Shown here: positions 34,591 through 45,470 of the stretch, in pieces
Position numbering within the stretch: the first letter of the stretch is position 1
Layout: each line of letters begins with the position of its first letter
Sequence record: NC_100327.1
Direction: 5' to 3' (one strand)
Length of the DNA: 64,000 bases
From: a phage
Position numbers and translations under genes: made by a program
The notes under the pieces: model-generated
Databases searched by the model: none
What the model was told of the DNA's origin: nothing
The model's input: only the letters and a program-made list of their open reading frames with translations

Positions 34591-37500
34591 TTACTTCAAT
34601 TTCTCTTGCAACCCAGTAACAACCTCTGTCAATTTTTTAACCTGCTCCTCAAGGGCGGTTATTTTATCATCCTGTTCCCTGCAAACCTGGACAAGCAAGC
34701 CTGTTACAGCTGCGTAATCCACGCTGTAGAATCTTTCCTCTGTTATCAAAGGAGTTCCATCTTGATCAGGGTTTGGGATTTCCTTTCTTTGCACGAAAGA
34801 GCTAACCGCTTCCGGCAGAGCTTCAAGCACTTCTTGTGCTATAACACCTGCATAAGGCATACCGTTCTCTTTAAGAGTGTAAGTATAACCCTTCATCTTC
34901 CGGATAGCTTCTAACGCATCAGGAATAACAGCTATGTTATCTTTCAGGTCTCTGTCAGAACTCTGATTGACAGATGTGCAATTCACAGCGCCGTTTACAG
35001 AAAGATATCTTGATTTATCCGGCAAGGTACCGCAATGCCATACCCAATTTGATTGAGACTCGTCAAGAACCTTAAACTCTAACACGTTTGGACGATCTCC
35101 TGTGCTGCCGTTACCCCAATAATACATATGGGCGGCATTAGCAGGCATGTTGCCACCGTTATTAGTAACATGGCTTCCAGAAATATACACCTTTAACTCT
35201 GGGGTTGGTATTTCCCCTTCTGGGGTTGTTCCTCCATACCTGAAGCTAACACCATTACCACCTGTTTGGGTCCACGGGCCCCAAGTGAAGACCTGTTTCA
35301 CCATATTCCCATAACGTGTGAATCTATCGCCATGGTAGGTAATATACTCTTGAACACACCCATTACCGTTATTGGCGTTATTTTGCAACACAATAAGTGT
35401 TCCGGCCTCATTTACGGGATAATGACGATCATATGTTGCATCATTATTTGCAGGCTGATGGTAAATACCTTCCCACAATCCGTGATAGGTGTTAAGGTCT
35501 GAAGAACCAAGACCTTGACCCCTGTGTTGCATGGCCTTATTCCAGGGATGGTGATTACCACCTTCTATAGACCTGGTGTATAAGTTACTTTGTCTGCCAG
35601 CAATCTGGAAAGCGTAGTTTCCCGAGAATCCTACAGATAAACCTCCTACAACCATGGTGTCTTGTGGACCGTTAACATTACCAGCCATTATTTTTGACGG
35701 GTTATTAGGCCCGAACTGGTTGTTCCAGTCTCCACCAGTATGACATACAAAACCACCTGGGGCTGAAAAAGTACCATCCTTATTGAAGTTGTAGAATCTA
35801 TGAGCTGTGCCCACAACATCTCGAACAATAACTTGACCAGCCTCTGGAGTAGACCTGAACTCTGCTTGACCTTTAAGGCCAGCACCATTACCGCATTTAG
35901 AGGTAAACGTGCCGTTAGTTAGATCCTCTGTTCCATCTGATGCACACTGGAATCCTGCGTTAGAGAATAGCGCCTTTCTAGGACCACTGTAGCACAAATA
36001 GTCAAAACCGTCAGCCCATAGCTCTACTTTAGGCATGTTCATTTTGCTCATTATCGCATAGCGTTCAGCAGTGCCTACATAGTGCCACTGTGTGCCGCCG
36101 CCAGTGTAGAACCCAGAGGTACCTTTGAAGTCAACAATAGGTCTGGTGTTGGTATTGTTATCTCCGAGAACAGCCAGATTTAAATCTGCTGACTGGAGAG
36201 GTGCAACGAACTTAACACCGTCCTGATTGTCTGTTACAGAGCCAACCTGGTAATCTTGCTCCCTGGTAAACACCTCGACAACATTTCTACTTGCGTATAT
36301 GCTGACAGGGAAAGCACGCGCCTCTGCATAGAAAGCAACATATTCTTGTTTACCCCTTGTTGGAGCAACCATCCCAAGAAGTGCTTTTTCATTCTGGTAG
36401 AAATTTACTACCCCGTAGAAAGAGTCTCCTCTGTCTGTCCAACCACCAGTTCTATAGTGACACTGTAAGGTAGCACAGTTCATAGGGTCATTTCCAGATG
36501 ACGATCTGGTAACTATGGTAATATCAGTACCAGTTGCTGGAGCATAGTACGGATCTGTTCTAACGATGATCGGGTAGTATTTCCCATCTTCCATCCCTGC
36601 GGTTCTTGGCAGTGTTAAGAAGTCTTTCACACCTGCTGCTATAGGAACTTTGAACAGATTCTGAGCATCTGCTAGAGTTGTAGCCCCGGTGCCACCTGCG
36701 GCTTGAGGTAGAGGTTCCCACTTGGCCTTCCGGTTGTTATAAACACCCCATTCCAGAGTGCCGTTACCGGATTCGTCCATCCCGCCATCCCAGATAACCA
36801 TCTTGGCGGCTTTCTTAGATCCCCAGAAGCCTCTTTCTGCTCCTGAACTACGTATCCACTCTCCAAGTCCCCAGTTTGTCAGCTGACCAGTAAGATCCCC
36901 AACCTGCATGTATTTAGGGCAGTCTAATACACCGTCTTCGCGGAAACCCAAATATCTATGAGTTTCAGATCCTTTTGCACCTTTGTGGAGGTGGATTGTC
37001 AACCAAGCCTTATTGTCGTTTCTTACCTCAGAGTAGATCCTATATCCATGCTCAAGGACACCGTCAGCGCTGTATTTGTCCCCGTTAACAATACCGGATG
37101 CTGACTTAACATCAGCAGAACTTTGAGACAGGTAAAGGTGCCCGAAGGTAGGAGAATTTCTAGACCCGAGACCGATGTGCGATCTAAAGGTATCATCGTT
37201 ACGAGGTCTAACCATCGGCTGCCATGCAGTCCACTGATTTGTGTTGGCCTGATAGGTTCTCAAATACCAAACATCTACGTTAGAGAATGGGTAGTATTCC
37301 TGACGACAACCTGTACCGCCGTTAGCATTGTTCTGCCAAACAATCAAGTGACCAGCACCAGAACCTGCAGGGTAACCATTTGCCTCAGTTGCATAAGCAG
37401 TCATCGGCTGGTAGTATACACCATCCTGATTACCAGTCAAGTTATTGATATTGAAATTTGGCTCAAGGGCTGCACGTTGCTTATAGAAAGCACCGATATT

Positions 37501-38403
37501 GATACGGACTCCAGCGGCATCTCTAGCCCCTGTGCCGCCTTGCTCTATAGCAAGAGGTTGCCACGAAGCTGTTTGTTGGTTCCACATACCCCAACGGCCT
37601 GTTGCATCAAGCTGCAAGTACCCTGCCGTATTTAAATCATCTCCAGCACGGATAACTGTTCTTGTTGGGTTGTTTGCCTCTAGGCGTTTAAATTCATCAC
37701 GAAGTGCTATTCTTTTCGTTGTTGCTACACCGTTGGTTACTGCAATGGTGTACATGGCTCCGGTGGTAGCGCCACGGAAAATACCATCAACAGTTGTAGT
37801 ATCACGGCGAGATACCACACCGTTCAGAAATTTTTCACCAGCTGCTACAGAAGGGTAGTTGGTGGTTCTTCCCTCTTCAATAACTGCAGGGCCAACAAAG
37901 TTATCAAGGTGAATAACATCGCCTACGGTGTGCACTGTACCAAAATCTACACGCTGTGCAAGTGCTTTAGCATCGTTAGCTGTCTGAACAGTAACATCCA
38001 TTACATCCTGGACAGACTGCCCTTCGGCTGTCATGATCATAGATGCGCCAATGGTAGATTCCAGCTCCTCCCTTAAGGACGGGTCAGTATATACCATCCA
38101 TGCAGCGTCAGTAATCCCACCATCAGCGTACGGTGAAGACAGTGCAGGAACAGTGTGCGGAAATTCGCCTTTCCAACGCAGGTAGAGGTCTTCCTCTTCG
38201 AAGTAGGCAAAATCCATTGGGCCGTTTAACTTACCACCTTCCTTAAAGGAGATTACATGAGAAACAGTCCCATCCACATGGACAACATCGCCAATTTTTA
38301 CACGACGGGTCAGGTCTGGTTGCTGAACAACCAGGTAATCATCCTCTGTCACTGCGGTAGTGGCAGGAAGAGATTCAATTCTGACAACTTTAATATCAGC
38401 CAT
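34591..38403 (-). CDS. long tail fibre with C-terminal intramolecular chaperone (peptidase S74-like autoproteolytic domain)
   Basis: 1270 aa; C-terminal SDRDLKDNIAVIPDALEAIRKMKGYTY... matches the conserved Ser-Lys region of self-cleaving fibre chaperone domains; N-terminal ~90 aa paralogous to 41038-41706. Confidence 0.65.
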   Translation of the reverse strand: MADIKVVRIESLPATTAVTEDDYLVVQQPDLTRRVKIGDVVHVDGTVSHVISFKEGGKLNGPMDFAYFEEEDLYLRWKGEFPHTVPALSSPYADGGITDAAWMVYTDPSLREELESTIGASMIMTAEGQSVQDVMDVTVQTANDAKALAQRVDFGTVHTVGDVIHLDNFVGPAVIEEGRTTNYPSVAAGEKFLNGVVSRRDTTTVDGIFRGATTGAMYTIAVTNGVATTKRIALRDEFKRLEANNPTRTVIRAGDDLNTAGYLQLDATGRWGMWNQQTASWQPLAIEQGGTGARDAAGVRINIGAFYKQRAALEPNFNINNLTGNQDGVYYQPMTAYATEANGYPAGSGAGHLIVWQNNANGGTGCRQEYYPFSNVDVWYLRTYQANTNQWTAWQPMVRPRNDDTFRSHIGLGSRNSPTFGHLYLSQSSADVKSASGIVNGDKYSADGVLEHGYRIYSEVRNDNKAWLTIHLHKGAKGSETHRYLGFREDGVLDCPKYMQVGDLTGQLTNWGLGEWIRSSGAERGFWGSKKAAKMVIWDGGMDESGNGTLEWGVYNNRKAKWEPLPQAAGGTGATTLADAQNLFKVPIAAGVKDFLTLPRTAGMEDGKYYPIIVRTDPYYAPATGTDITIVTRSSSGNDPMNCATLQCHYRTGGWTDRGDSFYGVVNFYQNEKALLGMVAPTRGKQEYVAFYAEARAFPVSIYASRNVVEVFTREQDYQVGSVTDNQDGVKFVAPLQSADLNLAVLGDNNTNTRPIVDFKGTSGFYTGGGTQWHYVGTAERYAIMSKMNMPKVELWADGFDYLCYSGPRKALFSNAGFQCASDGTEDLTNGTFTSKCGNGAGLKGQAEFRSTPEAGQVIVRDVVGTAHRFYNFNKDGTFSAPGGFVCHTGGDWNNQFGPNNPSKIMAGNVNGPQDTMVVGGLSVGFSGNYAFQIAGRQSNLYTRSIEGGNHHPWNKAMQHRGQGLGSSDLNTYHGLWEGIYHQPANNDATYDRHYPVNEAGTLIVLQNNANNGNGCVQEYITYHGDRFTRYGNMVKQVFTWGPWTQTGGNGVSFRYGGTTPEGEIPTPELKVYISGSHVTNNGGNMPANAAHMYYWGNGSTGDRPNVLEFKVLDESQSNWVWHCGTLPDKSRYLSVNGAVNCTSVNQSSDRDLKDNIAVIPDALEAIRKMKGYTYTLKENGMPYAGVIAQEVLEALPEAVSSFVQRKEIPNPDQDGTPLITEERFYSVDYAAVTGLLVQVCREQDDKITALEEQVKKLTEVVTGLQEKLK

Positions 38404-38438
38404 TCTTTCTCCTGAAAGGGGGCAAACAGCCCCCTATG

Positions 38439-41036
38439 TTAAAGGTACAATCCACGGTATTGAGCATAAAGGCCCAGACCGCGAAGGATTTCGCCAGAGT
38501 GATAGCCAACCGGATCAGAAACTGCCCAGCAGCCGTTTAAAATATTATCCCCATTAATGAAGTGGTGCTTTTGCAGTAGCTTCACACAGGCTTCTACAAC
38601 AATATCTATTTGAGGTATTGTCTCTGAATACCCGCACAGACCTAGCCAGCAGCAACCTGCAAGCCATTCACCTACCACCCACATCCTGTCTCCTCTGTCC
38701 TGATAAGAATATCCCCCAGAGGTGTTAAAGTCTGTAGGCAGATTTCCTGAATGAGATGACTGGAATCTGTTGAGGAACCATGCCCATTTCTGGCAGAACA
38801 GGAATAGTCTTTCATCAACAGGTTCTTTATGTTTCTTGAGCTCATATATTGTGCGGCACGCAGCAACAAAAGATCTTGACTGGAGCTTAGAGTTATCTAC
38901 CATCTCCCACCAACCAGTCAACCCTTCATTGCCTCTTTGCCATACATAACGTGAGGCAACTGGACCCTCTGTCTTAAATGTATTATTATACCAGACTTGA
39001 GCGTCATACAGAAAGCCTATTGTATTTGACAATCTATGGCGATCTATGTTTTCTGCACCCATGCAGTAGACTGCTGGGTATTGCATGCCAGGGTAGGGCC
39101 AATTTGGCTTTTCCTCTAAGAGATAGTTTTCCTTATCTATCACCTTTCCGGCAGGGAACACACCCGGTGTGTGCCTGTATGCACCTTGCTTGTAGTTTCT
39201 GACATAGCAATCTCCAACCTTAGCGGTTGATTCTGTCTTGCTTGCCATCCATACACTAAACCAGATTAGATAAGCATCCCTATCTGCAATATAGAATTGC
39301 GGCAGCGTGTTGACGCAATATAGATCAAACAAGCCATTACCTATCTGCCTGTCGCTTAGGCTGAAATCCACAGAGGTGAGCCCCTTAGGATTAGCAAAGA
39401 AAGGTTTAATCTCTTCTTCGGTGTGATGAGGTTGTGTCGGATCTAGTTTGAAATCTCCTAGAGTAAGAGTTTCTGTTATCCATTGTCCATTAGTGGCATA
39501 TAGATCAGCATACCATAACCACCTGTCTTTGTCAAGAAATTTGACCCTTACCATCTCATCATCTGATCGATAAGTTACTGAGTTTAAAGAAATCTCTCTT
39601 CCAAAATTGAAAGTTACTTTACCTCTTGCTATATTACAACGGGTGAAGTTGTCAGAGTGGTTGTAAATGTCGGTATCATACTGCATACTGACACTAGCGC
39701 CACCGCTCACGGCAATGTTTTCCTCTTTAGGTAAGAGATACGGATTACCGTCTTTACCAACCACCTCTACGAAATCGGTAACCTTGGCAACTATTTCTGT
39801 TACCTCTGCCCCTCCAAAAGGAACCCCTATCCTGTACTGTTTTTTGTTATTGTTGCCATCATTAAGGATGAAATGTGGCTGGAACAGAACCCCTTCTCCT
39901 CCGAAATTCATAACAATTTCAGCATCTCTGCCTATTTTGTATGTAGTCCCTTTTTGGATTATTTCGCAAGGCTGGCGTGCGTTCATTCTAAAATTGATAT
40001 ACCCGTCACTGTCCCTGCTCATGACAGGAACTGTTCCTGCAACAAGACAAGTACCATCTGTAAACGGTGCCTTAATCAACGTGGTCTTTCTAAACAGTTT
40101 GTCGTAGGCGTTTATATCACTGAAATTAAGCAACTTGTTGTAAGACTGTTCAAACGCGGTGTAATACTTTTCCTCACCTGTTAAGGTGTAGAGTTGATAA
40201 CAAGCGTCACACCACATCTCTTCCCCGTCCAACTCTGGGGCTTGATTATCTGCAACCACGTTTATAGGATTTACAATTACAGGCGATCCTGCAGGTATCA
40301 CCGATCCACCCTGCTCTTGGGGTAATCTTACACAATAGGTCACCTTGTGGCTGCCTGTAACACCCTTATCTTGTAATTGGATTGTGCCGAACTCTACAGA
40401 CGTATGACCACTGTCGGCTATGCTACCGTTAGCCCAATAGCGGTTACCATCCCATGCTATATACCACTCAACCCACCAACTTAATCCAGATGTTGTCCAA
40501 TCTGGGTTAGCATCTGTGCCGCCGTAAACATCAGCGTCTACAGTGTTTCTTCCTAACACACCGTTATATGCTTGGAAGGCCTTGTCCAGGTATTCTCCCC
40601 ATGTCGGAGATCCAGCTGGGATTTTTCCTCTACCGTTAGTAAAAGACACCACCACATCTTTAAACCCACCATGTGATGGGACCCCGTCTGTGGATAGAGG
40701 GTAGTGGGACAATCTTTGCATTTTACTTTCTACAGCATATGCGCCCAGAAGATGACTATTGTAAGCTTCCCAAGCATCTTTTGCCCTATCCAGATAGAAA
40801 TCGCTTTTCGATGCCCTGTATGCTTCAATGTATCCCAGAATCAACACAGCTTGGGACTCATGCATTGCCCAATCATTATTTATCTTATTACCTGCCCACC
40901 CTGCAGCTATAAGACCATCAGGGTTTACTAGCTTATTTTGTGTAGGGGTGTTGGTAATACCTGTGTTGTTATCGAGGCACTTCCTGTGCCCCTCAATCAT
41001 CTGAAATACGTTATCAATGTTGTGTTGAATACGCAT
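38439..41036 (-). CDS. tailspike-like protein, putative polysaccharide depolymerase
   Basis: 865 aa, aromatic-rich, no fibre-like repeats; between fibre-adaptor gene and long fibre gene. Confidence 0.4.
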   Translation of the reverse strand: MRIQHNIDNVFQMIEGHRKCLDNNTGITNTPTQNKLVNPDGLIAAGWAGNKINNDWAMHESQAVLILGYIEAYRASKSDFYLDRAKDAWEAYNSHLLGAYAVESKMQRLSHYPLSTDGVPSHGGFKDVVVSFTNGRGKIPAGSPTWGEYLDKAFQAYNGVLGRNTVDADVYGGTDANPDWTTSGLSWWVEWYIAWDGNRYWANGSIADSGHTSVEFGTIQLQDKGVTGSHKVTYCVRLPQEQGGSVIPAGSPVIVNPINVVADNQAPELDGEEMWCDACYQLYTLTGEEKYYTAFEQSYNKLLNFSDINAYDKLFRKTTLIKAPFTDGTCLVAGTVPVMSRDSDGYINFRMNARQPCEIIQKGTTYKIGRDAEIVMNFGGEGVLFQPHFILNDGNNNKKQYRIGVPFGGAEVTEIVAKVTDFVEVVGKDGNPYLLPKEENIAVSGGASVSMQYDTDIYNHSDNFTRCNIARGKVTFNFGREISLNSVTYRSDDEMVRVKFLDKDRWLWYADLYATNGQWITETLTLGDFKLDPTQPHHTEEEIKPFFANPKGLTSVDFSLSDRQIGNGLFDLYCVNTLPQFYIADRDAYLIWFSVWMASKTESTAKVGDCYVRNYKQGAYRHTPGVFPAGKVIDKENYLLEEKPNWPYPGMQYPAVYCMGAENIDRHRLSNTIGFLYDAQVWYNNTFKTEGPVASRYVWQRGNEGLTGWWEMVDNSKLQSRSFVAACRTIYELKKHKEPVDERLFLFCQKWAWFLNRFQSSHSGNLPTDFNTSGGYSYQDRGDRMWVVGEWLAGCCWLGLCGYSETIPQIDIVVEACVKLLQKHHFINGDNILNGCWAVSDPVGYHSGEILRGLGLYAQYRGLYL

Positions 41037-41037
41037 C

Positions 41038-41706
41038 TTAGATAGCTCCTGCGATAATCAGTGCCCCGTACCAAGTTAACCCGTTGTCGTAGGTTTCCAA
41101 CTTGAAAATGTCTGTTGCACCAGCTGTAAATGTTAGGATAGGATCTCTTCCGTAGGACCATTTAACATTATCAGGCCAATAGACTTTGTTGCCGCCAGAG
41201 GTCTGAGTAATGCATACGGTTATAGTTCTCGCCACCCCTTCAAGACCTTCTGTTTGATTTTCAAAAGAGATTGTGGTATTTGAAGTTAGTCGAACCTTAA
41301 AGGTATCCGCAACTTCAAGATCCATATCAAGCTGACCACCGATAGATCCGTAATCAACTATTCTGCCAGAAGAAGTTGCAGCAAGCTCACCAAAAACAGA
41401 CCAGGCATTTGCAGACACGCCCCCAGCACCCTCTACAGTGGAGTCTGGTAGGATTATTTTAGGATAATCCCCGTTCCACGTGTAGTAGCGCTTAGTCTCT
41501 GGGTCATAAGCAAAGTCCTTCTTGCTCTTAAGATAACCACCCTCTGTGAAATAGACTATCTTAGTAATACTAAGATCGTTGACAACATCGTCAATCTTAG
41601 CCTTTCTTGTCCCATCAGTCTGGTTGACAACCAAGAAGTCATCACTCAGGACTGTTTCTGCATCTTCAAGATCTGGAATTGGTATTGTAGGATAAGCTAC
41701 AGCCAT
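41038..41706 (-). CDS. tail fibre/spike adaptor protein sharing N-terminal attachment domain with the long tail fibre
   Basis: 222 aa; N-terminal LSDDFLVVNQTDGTRKAKIDDVV...FTEGG...DFAY aligned to N-terminus of 34591-38403. Confidence 0.5.
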   Translation of the reverse strand: MAVAYPTIPIPDLEDAETVLSDDFLVVNQTDGTRKAKIDDVVNDLSITKIVYFTEGGYLKSKKDFAYDPETKRYYTWNGDYPKIILPDSTVEGAGGVSANAWSVFGELAATSSGRIVDYGSIGGQLDMDLEVADTFKVRLTSNTTISFENQTEGLEGVARTITVCITQTSGGNKVYWPDNVKWSYGRDPILTFTAGATDIFKLETYDNGLTWYGALIIAGAI

Positions 41707-41715
41707 GATTTCTCC

Positions 41716-42432
41716 TTAGTTAACATCAATAGCACGACCAGACTGGTTGGCAATAGCCTCATCATTGGAGGTAGCAATAACACCAGAGTATTCGCGCTCA
41801 TCTGGAGCAAGCGTCCAGGTATTGCGGTTAATGGTTTGTTCTGCCTCAGTCATCAGCAGATCTTTATCCTGAGTCAACAGAGAGCCTACAGGGATCGGGT
41901 TTTCCATCTCAGGACCAGCATACTGGTTCCACCATGTGGCATCTCCGGTTCTAGGTAATCTGAAGTTGATCAGGTAGTACAGTTTATTAGCCCACTTAAT
42001 CCAACCCTCATCATCACAGAGAGAGGTTGTCCCAGAATCAGGTTGTGGGTAGGTGAACTGATCAAGACCTACGAAAGCCAGCCTTACAATCTCGTTCTCT
42101 TTGGTAACAACCTCAAAGAACGCTTGGTATGTTCTCGATCTTCGGTCCATGGTAGACTGGAAGTTTATGATGTTTAGCACATCCGGCTCTTGTCTTGCCA
42201 CTTCCATAATCTTGTTATCAAGAACAGTCTTCATGACCTTCTTACTGAGAAAGTCCATATAAGGGAAGCCAAACAGTTCGTCAAAGTACCAGCTCCCCTT
42301 CCACGTATTAAACCTCATCCACAAGCGCTGGCGCAGACTTACCTGGTTTGAATCTATCAACTCAAGACCTTTGTCTATCGCCAAATCGCCTGTCTGTGGG
42401 TCCATCAATATATCACTATAAAGCGTAGCCAT
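41716..42432 (-). CDS. baseplate protein
   Basis: 238-aa ORF between spike and fibre-adaptor genes; positional. Confidence 0.35.
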   Translation of the reverse strand: MATLYSDILMDPQTGDLAIDKGLELIDSNQVSLRQRLWMRFNTWKGSWYFDELFGFPYMDFLSKKVMKTVLDNKIMEVARQEPDVLNIINFQSTMDRRSRTYQAFFEVVTKENEIVRLAFVGLDQFTYPQPDSGTTSLCDDEGWIKWANKLYYLINFRLPRTGDATWWNQYAGPEMENPIPVGSLLTQDKDLLMTEAEQTINRNTWTLAPDEREYSGVIATSNDEAIANQSGRAIDVN

Positions 42433-42444
42433 GAAAGCCCTCTA

Positions 42445-43122
42445 TTAGTGCGGTCCACTTGTCTCGCCATCAGGGCAAGAGTGGGTATGACCTTTATATT
42501 CTGCATAGAATGAATCCAAATCCACGCCAGCAGCAGTTATAATTCTACCAGATGGGTCTATTGTAGCACCATTCATTCTGATATTCCCATCCACAGCAGC
42601 TCGCAAATTGGCAGCCCCGTTAGTGAAAGAAAACTCCCCGCTGCTGTCGCACCGTAATGTCCCACCAGGTGTTTGAAGCTCAAAATCGCCAGAAGGTGTC
42701 AGTTTAAAATAAACCCTATCATTCCATAACTCTACATTATCAGGATCGATCTGTAAGGCGTTTGAGTCTGAATGAACAGAGGTGATTGCCCACCCTGGAA
42801 ACAGGCCGTGAGTTTGTTGATCGTCGTTATTGTTTTCATTTCTCTCTGAAAACTGCAATCCTACAACATCTCCAGCCTTAATAGGGAGTGTTAACCTTGC
42901 CTTTCCGCTGTTTGCAGACATCACCTGAATTGGAACGTCATAGATAAGAGGGTATCTCTCCACATCTCCGTCATCAAACGTAGTTTCAGCTATTGGCTGC
43001 ACGGCTGCAGAAGGTATACTGTAGTCAACACTGACAACTCTGGCCCTGATACTGGTGTGGTAGTCCCTCATTATTTTTTCTATAAAGGATCTTACAGCAG
43101 CATCTTTCCTATTTATTGCCAT
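42445..43122 (-). CDS. baseplate central spike (gpV/gp5-like) with metal-binding tip
   Basis: 225 aa; C-terminal GHTHSCPDGETSGPH resembles His/Cys apex motif of P2 gpV-type spikes. Confidence 0.5.
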   Translation of the reverse strand: MAINRKDAAVRSFIEKIMRDYHTSIRARVVSVDYSIPSAAVQPIAETTFDDGDVERYPLIYDVPIQVMSANSGKARLTLPIKAGDVVGLQFSERNENNNDDQQTHGLFPGWAITSVHSDSNALQIDPDNVELWNDRVYFKLTPSGDFELQTPGGTLRCDSSGEFSFTNGAANLRAAVDGNIRMNGATIDPSGRIITAAGVDLDSFYAEYKGHTHSCPDGETSGPH

Positions 43123-44126
43123 TATACCTCCTCAGTTTTGTCAACAACTCCACCCACTGTTTCCCCAAGGCCAAGCTCTGTAGTGTAATCACCTCCTTCT
43201 ATGGTGCCCTTATGATGCACCGTGATCACCTTATAGAATCCTGTATATTGCTTGCTTTTAAGGTAAATGGTGGACTCTGGGAGGATAGCTCCGTTAAGGC
43301 ATGTGGTTACAGTAAGGCCAACATCCTCTCTCGGGTTTTTCTTTTTCTTTTTAGATGTCGAACCACCTTTGGCAGCAGCTTTAGCTTTTCGTTTTTTAGC
43401 AGGTTCTGGATTTTTAGGGGTAGGAGATCCGTGCATCCCAGACTCTGCACTTATTTCAAACACAGAGTCTTTGAACCTTTTTCCAACCTTGGTCCAATAC
43501 AAAGCCCCATCCTGAACGCTAAATGTTGAGTTAGTCAGCCTTGCAAACCTGCGGAGGTTCTCTGCAGTGTTTCCAGAGAAAGCCATAGAGTATTGCAAAG
43601 TCTGGTTTCCAAAACCAACAACCCTACCTTTTGGCAAGTTCATATCCTTCAGTAGATCATTAAGCACAGAGTTCAGAGGTGTGCCTTTCTGATAAGATCT
43701 TGTGCTTTGGCACTTAATGATGTTCTCAGTACCATCCCCAAAGATGAACTTAGTTTTTCTGGTCGGACCTTCCCATCTGTCTTCAACAAACTCCACAGTT
43801 CCGGAGAATATCAACTGGTTCTCATTATCATAGCCAGCTTCAAACATAACTGCAAGGGCATCAGCCTGATGCATATCCAAATAGTTAACTGTATCGTCAG
43901 ATAGGTTGTAAACTGTCACATAACCTTTGTTTGGCTCTTTGGTATTGTCCTTTTGTATGTCAAACTCTATATTGGCAGCACCAGTGTCCGAGCTAACTTC
44001 ATAAACTCCGGAATCACTCTCCCCTTTCTTTTCAACAGATTTTGGGATATTGGTTTTTGATTTGCCGCCATGTTCTACAGGACGACCAAACAATAATCGC
44101 CATGTTCTACGTCTGTACTCTGCCAT
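43122..44126 (-). CDS. baseplate hub-like protein
   Basis: 334 aa with Lys-rich low-complexity insert; immediately upstream of spike gene. Confidence 0.35.
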   Translation of the reverse strand: MAEYRRRTWRLLFGRPVEHGGKSKTNIPKSVEKKGESDSGVYEVSSDTGAANIEFDIQKDNTKEPNKGYVTVYNLSDDTVNYLDMHQADALAVMFEAGYDNENQLIFSGTVEFVEDRWEGPTRKTKFIFGDGTENIIKCQSTRSYQKGTPLNSVLNDLLKDMNLPKGRVVGFGNQTLQYSMAFSGNTAENLRRFARLTNSTFSVQDGALYWTKVGKRFKDSVFEISAESGMHGSPTPKNPEPAKKRKAKAAAKGGSTSKKKKKNPREDVGLTVTTCLNGAILPESTIYLKSKQYTGFYKVITVHHKGTIEGGDYTTELGLGETVGGVVDKTEEV

Positions 44127-44506
44127 TATTCTAACCCTTGCTGTTCCTTGTAAAGATCAACCGGGGTGCCGTATACAAGTTGTAGCTCAGATCTCGCCCC
44201 AAGGTTATATCTTCCAACCCTGCCCCAATATTGATCGTCTTTAAACGACAGCGCCATCAGTCTACCTTTCGGTAAATCATCTCTGTAATGCAGTCCGTCT
44301 AAAATATCTTGACAAGCTGTTACTTTTCTAGTTACTAAAGGGCTGTCACCTACTGGACCAAGAGATAACCACCAGGACTCATCCCTCTCATTCCATTGCA
44401 TACGCATTTCATACGTTTCGTTGTCTAAAACAACACGCATGGTTTGGTCAGGAAAGCCGTCAATGTCCCACACAAAGGTTATTATGCACCAATCTTTAAG
44501 CTCCAT
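44126..44506 (-). CDS. tail/baseplate-associated hypothetical protein
   Basis: 126-aa ORF translationally coupled to neighbours. Confidence 0.35.
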   Translation of the reverse strand: MELKDWCIITFVWDIDGFPDQTMRVVLDNETYEMRMQWNERDESWWLSLGPVGDSPLVTRKVTACQDILDGLHYRDDLPKGRLMALSFKDDQYWGRVGRYNLGARSELQLVYGTPVDLYKEQQGLE

Positions 44507-44518
44507 TATACGCTCCCC

Positions 44519-45403
44519 TTATTTCCCGTTAACTTTGTTGTAGTTTCCCTGCTCAGATGGGACTATGGTAGAAGGTCTTCCATATTCCTGATAATACCAA
44601 TCCGCAGCCGATTGGGTAACACCGTTTTCATCTGTCCACATCATAGACTTGTATGGCTGCCACTCCTCTGCAGCGTTTGTGGATGCAGTGTCTGCGAATG
44701 CTCCTGTGTCCCTCTTGTTACCTACGTTACTACCATTCTTACAGTCGTTGACAGCACCTTTTTGCTGGGTTTTGCCTACTTTCTTAGGATTGCTGTATAC
44801 AGTTGCATTAACAACCTTATTCAAGTAGAATGTGCGGAACTCTGTAAGCTCTACATCAAACACCATTGCAGCGCCTTCACCAACAGACTTGTTGGCAGAA
44901 AGACTGGTTATGATGTAGTTCTCAAGAAGTCTCTCCTCGGTAACCAAAGAAACCAACTGTCGCTTATTGATAATCTCAGTCAAAGCCTCCAATGCAGCGC
45001 CTGGTCGCATAGATGCTGCAGGGTTTTTAGAGTCAGTATTCCTGTCAATGTAGTTTTGCTCATAAATTATGTGTGGGGATGTATTTACCCTACCAGTAAA
45101 AGAAAATACACCATCTTTAATTACAGCGTGGTCTGACAGGGTAGATTTATCTTCCACCGCAAACCCAGTCTTATCAACAGAATGTTTGAAAGAGTAATTC
45201 TCAACCTGATCGAAGATAATGGCAAGATCGTTAGTAAAGTTTTTACCCTTCATCTCCGTATTGCGACCGCCATAGTTAAGACCGCTGACAAACATAGTGT
45301 ACTTTACATCGCTTTCAGTTTGCTGCTCTGCCTTTTCAGCCTTTGGAGATTTAACCTCTTGAGGCTTGTACAGGTCTTTTTCATCAACTATATTGCTTGG
45401 CAT
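44519..45403 (-). CDS. tail protein (hypothetical)
   Basis: ORF trimmed to ATG 45403 (MPSNIVDEK...) with GGAGAGG RBS. Confidence 0.4.
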   Translation of the reverse strand: MPSNIVDEKDLYKPQEVKSPKAEKAEQQTESDVKYTMFVSGLNYGGRNTEMKGKNFTNDLAIIFDQVENYSFKHSVDKTGFAVEDKSTLSDHAVIKDGVFSFTGRVNTSPHIIYEQNYIDRNTDSKNPAASMRPGAALEALTEIINKRQLVSLVTEERLLENYIITSLSANKSVGEGAAMVFDVELTEFRTFYLNKVVNATVYSNPKKVGKTQQKGAVNDCKNGSNVGNKRDTGAFADTASTNAAEEWQPYKSMMWTDENGVTQSAADWYYQEYGRPSTIVPSEQGNYNKVNGK

Positions 45404-45470
45404 AACCTCTCCAGGACACTCCGATACCATCTAGATATTGTATCATAAAATAGCCGTTTTTACAACACCG

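Noticed and set aside
39667-40107. 146-codon plus-strand ORF and other short plus-strand ORFs across 13889-62523
   Set aside because: All overlap well-supported minus-strand structural genes in a uniformly leftward operon; judged spurious.
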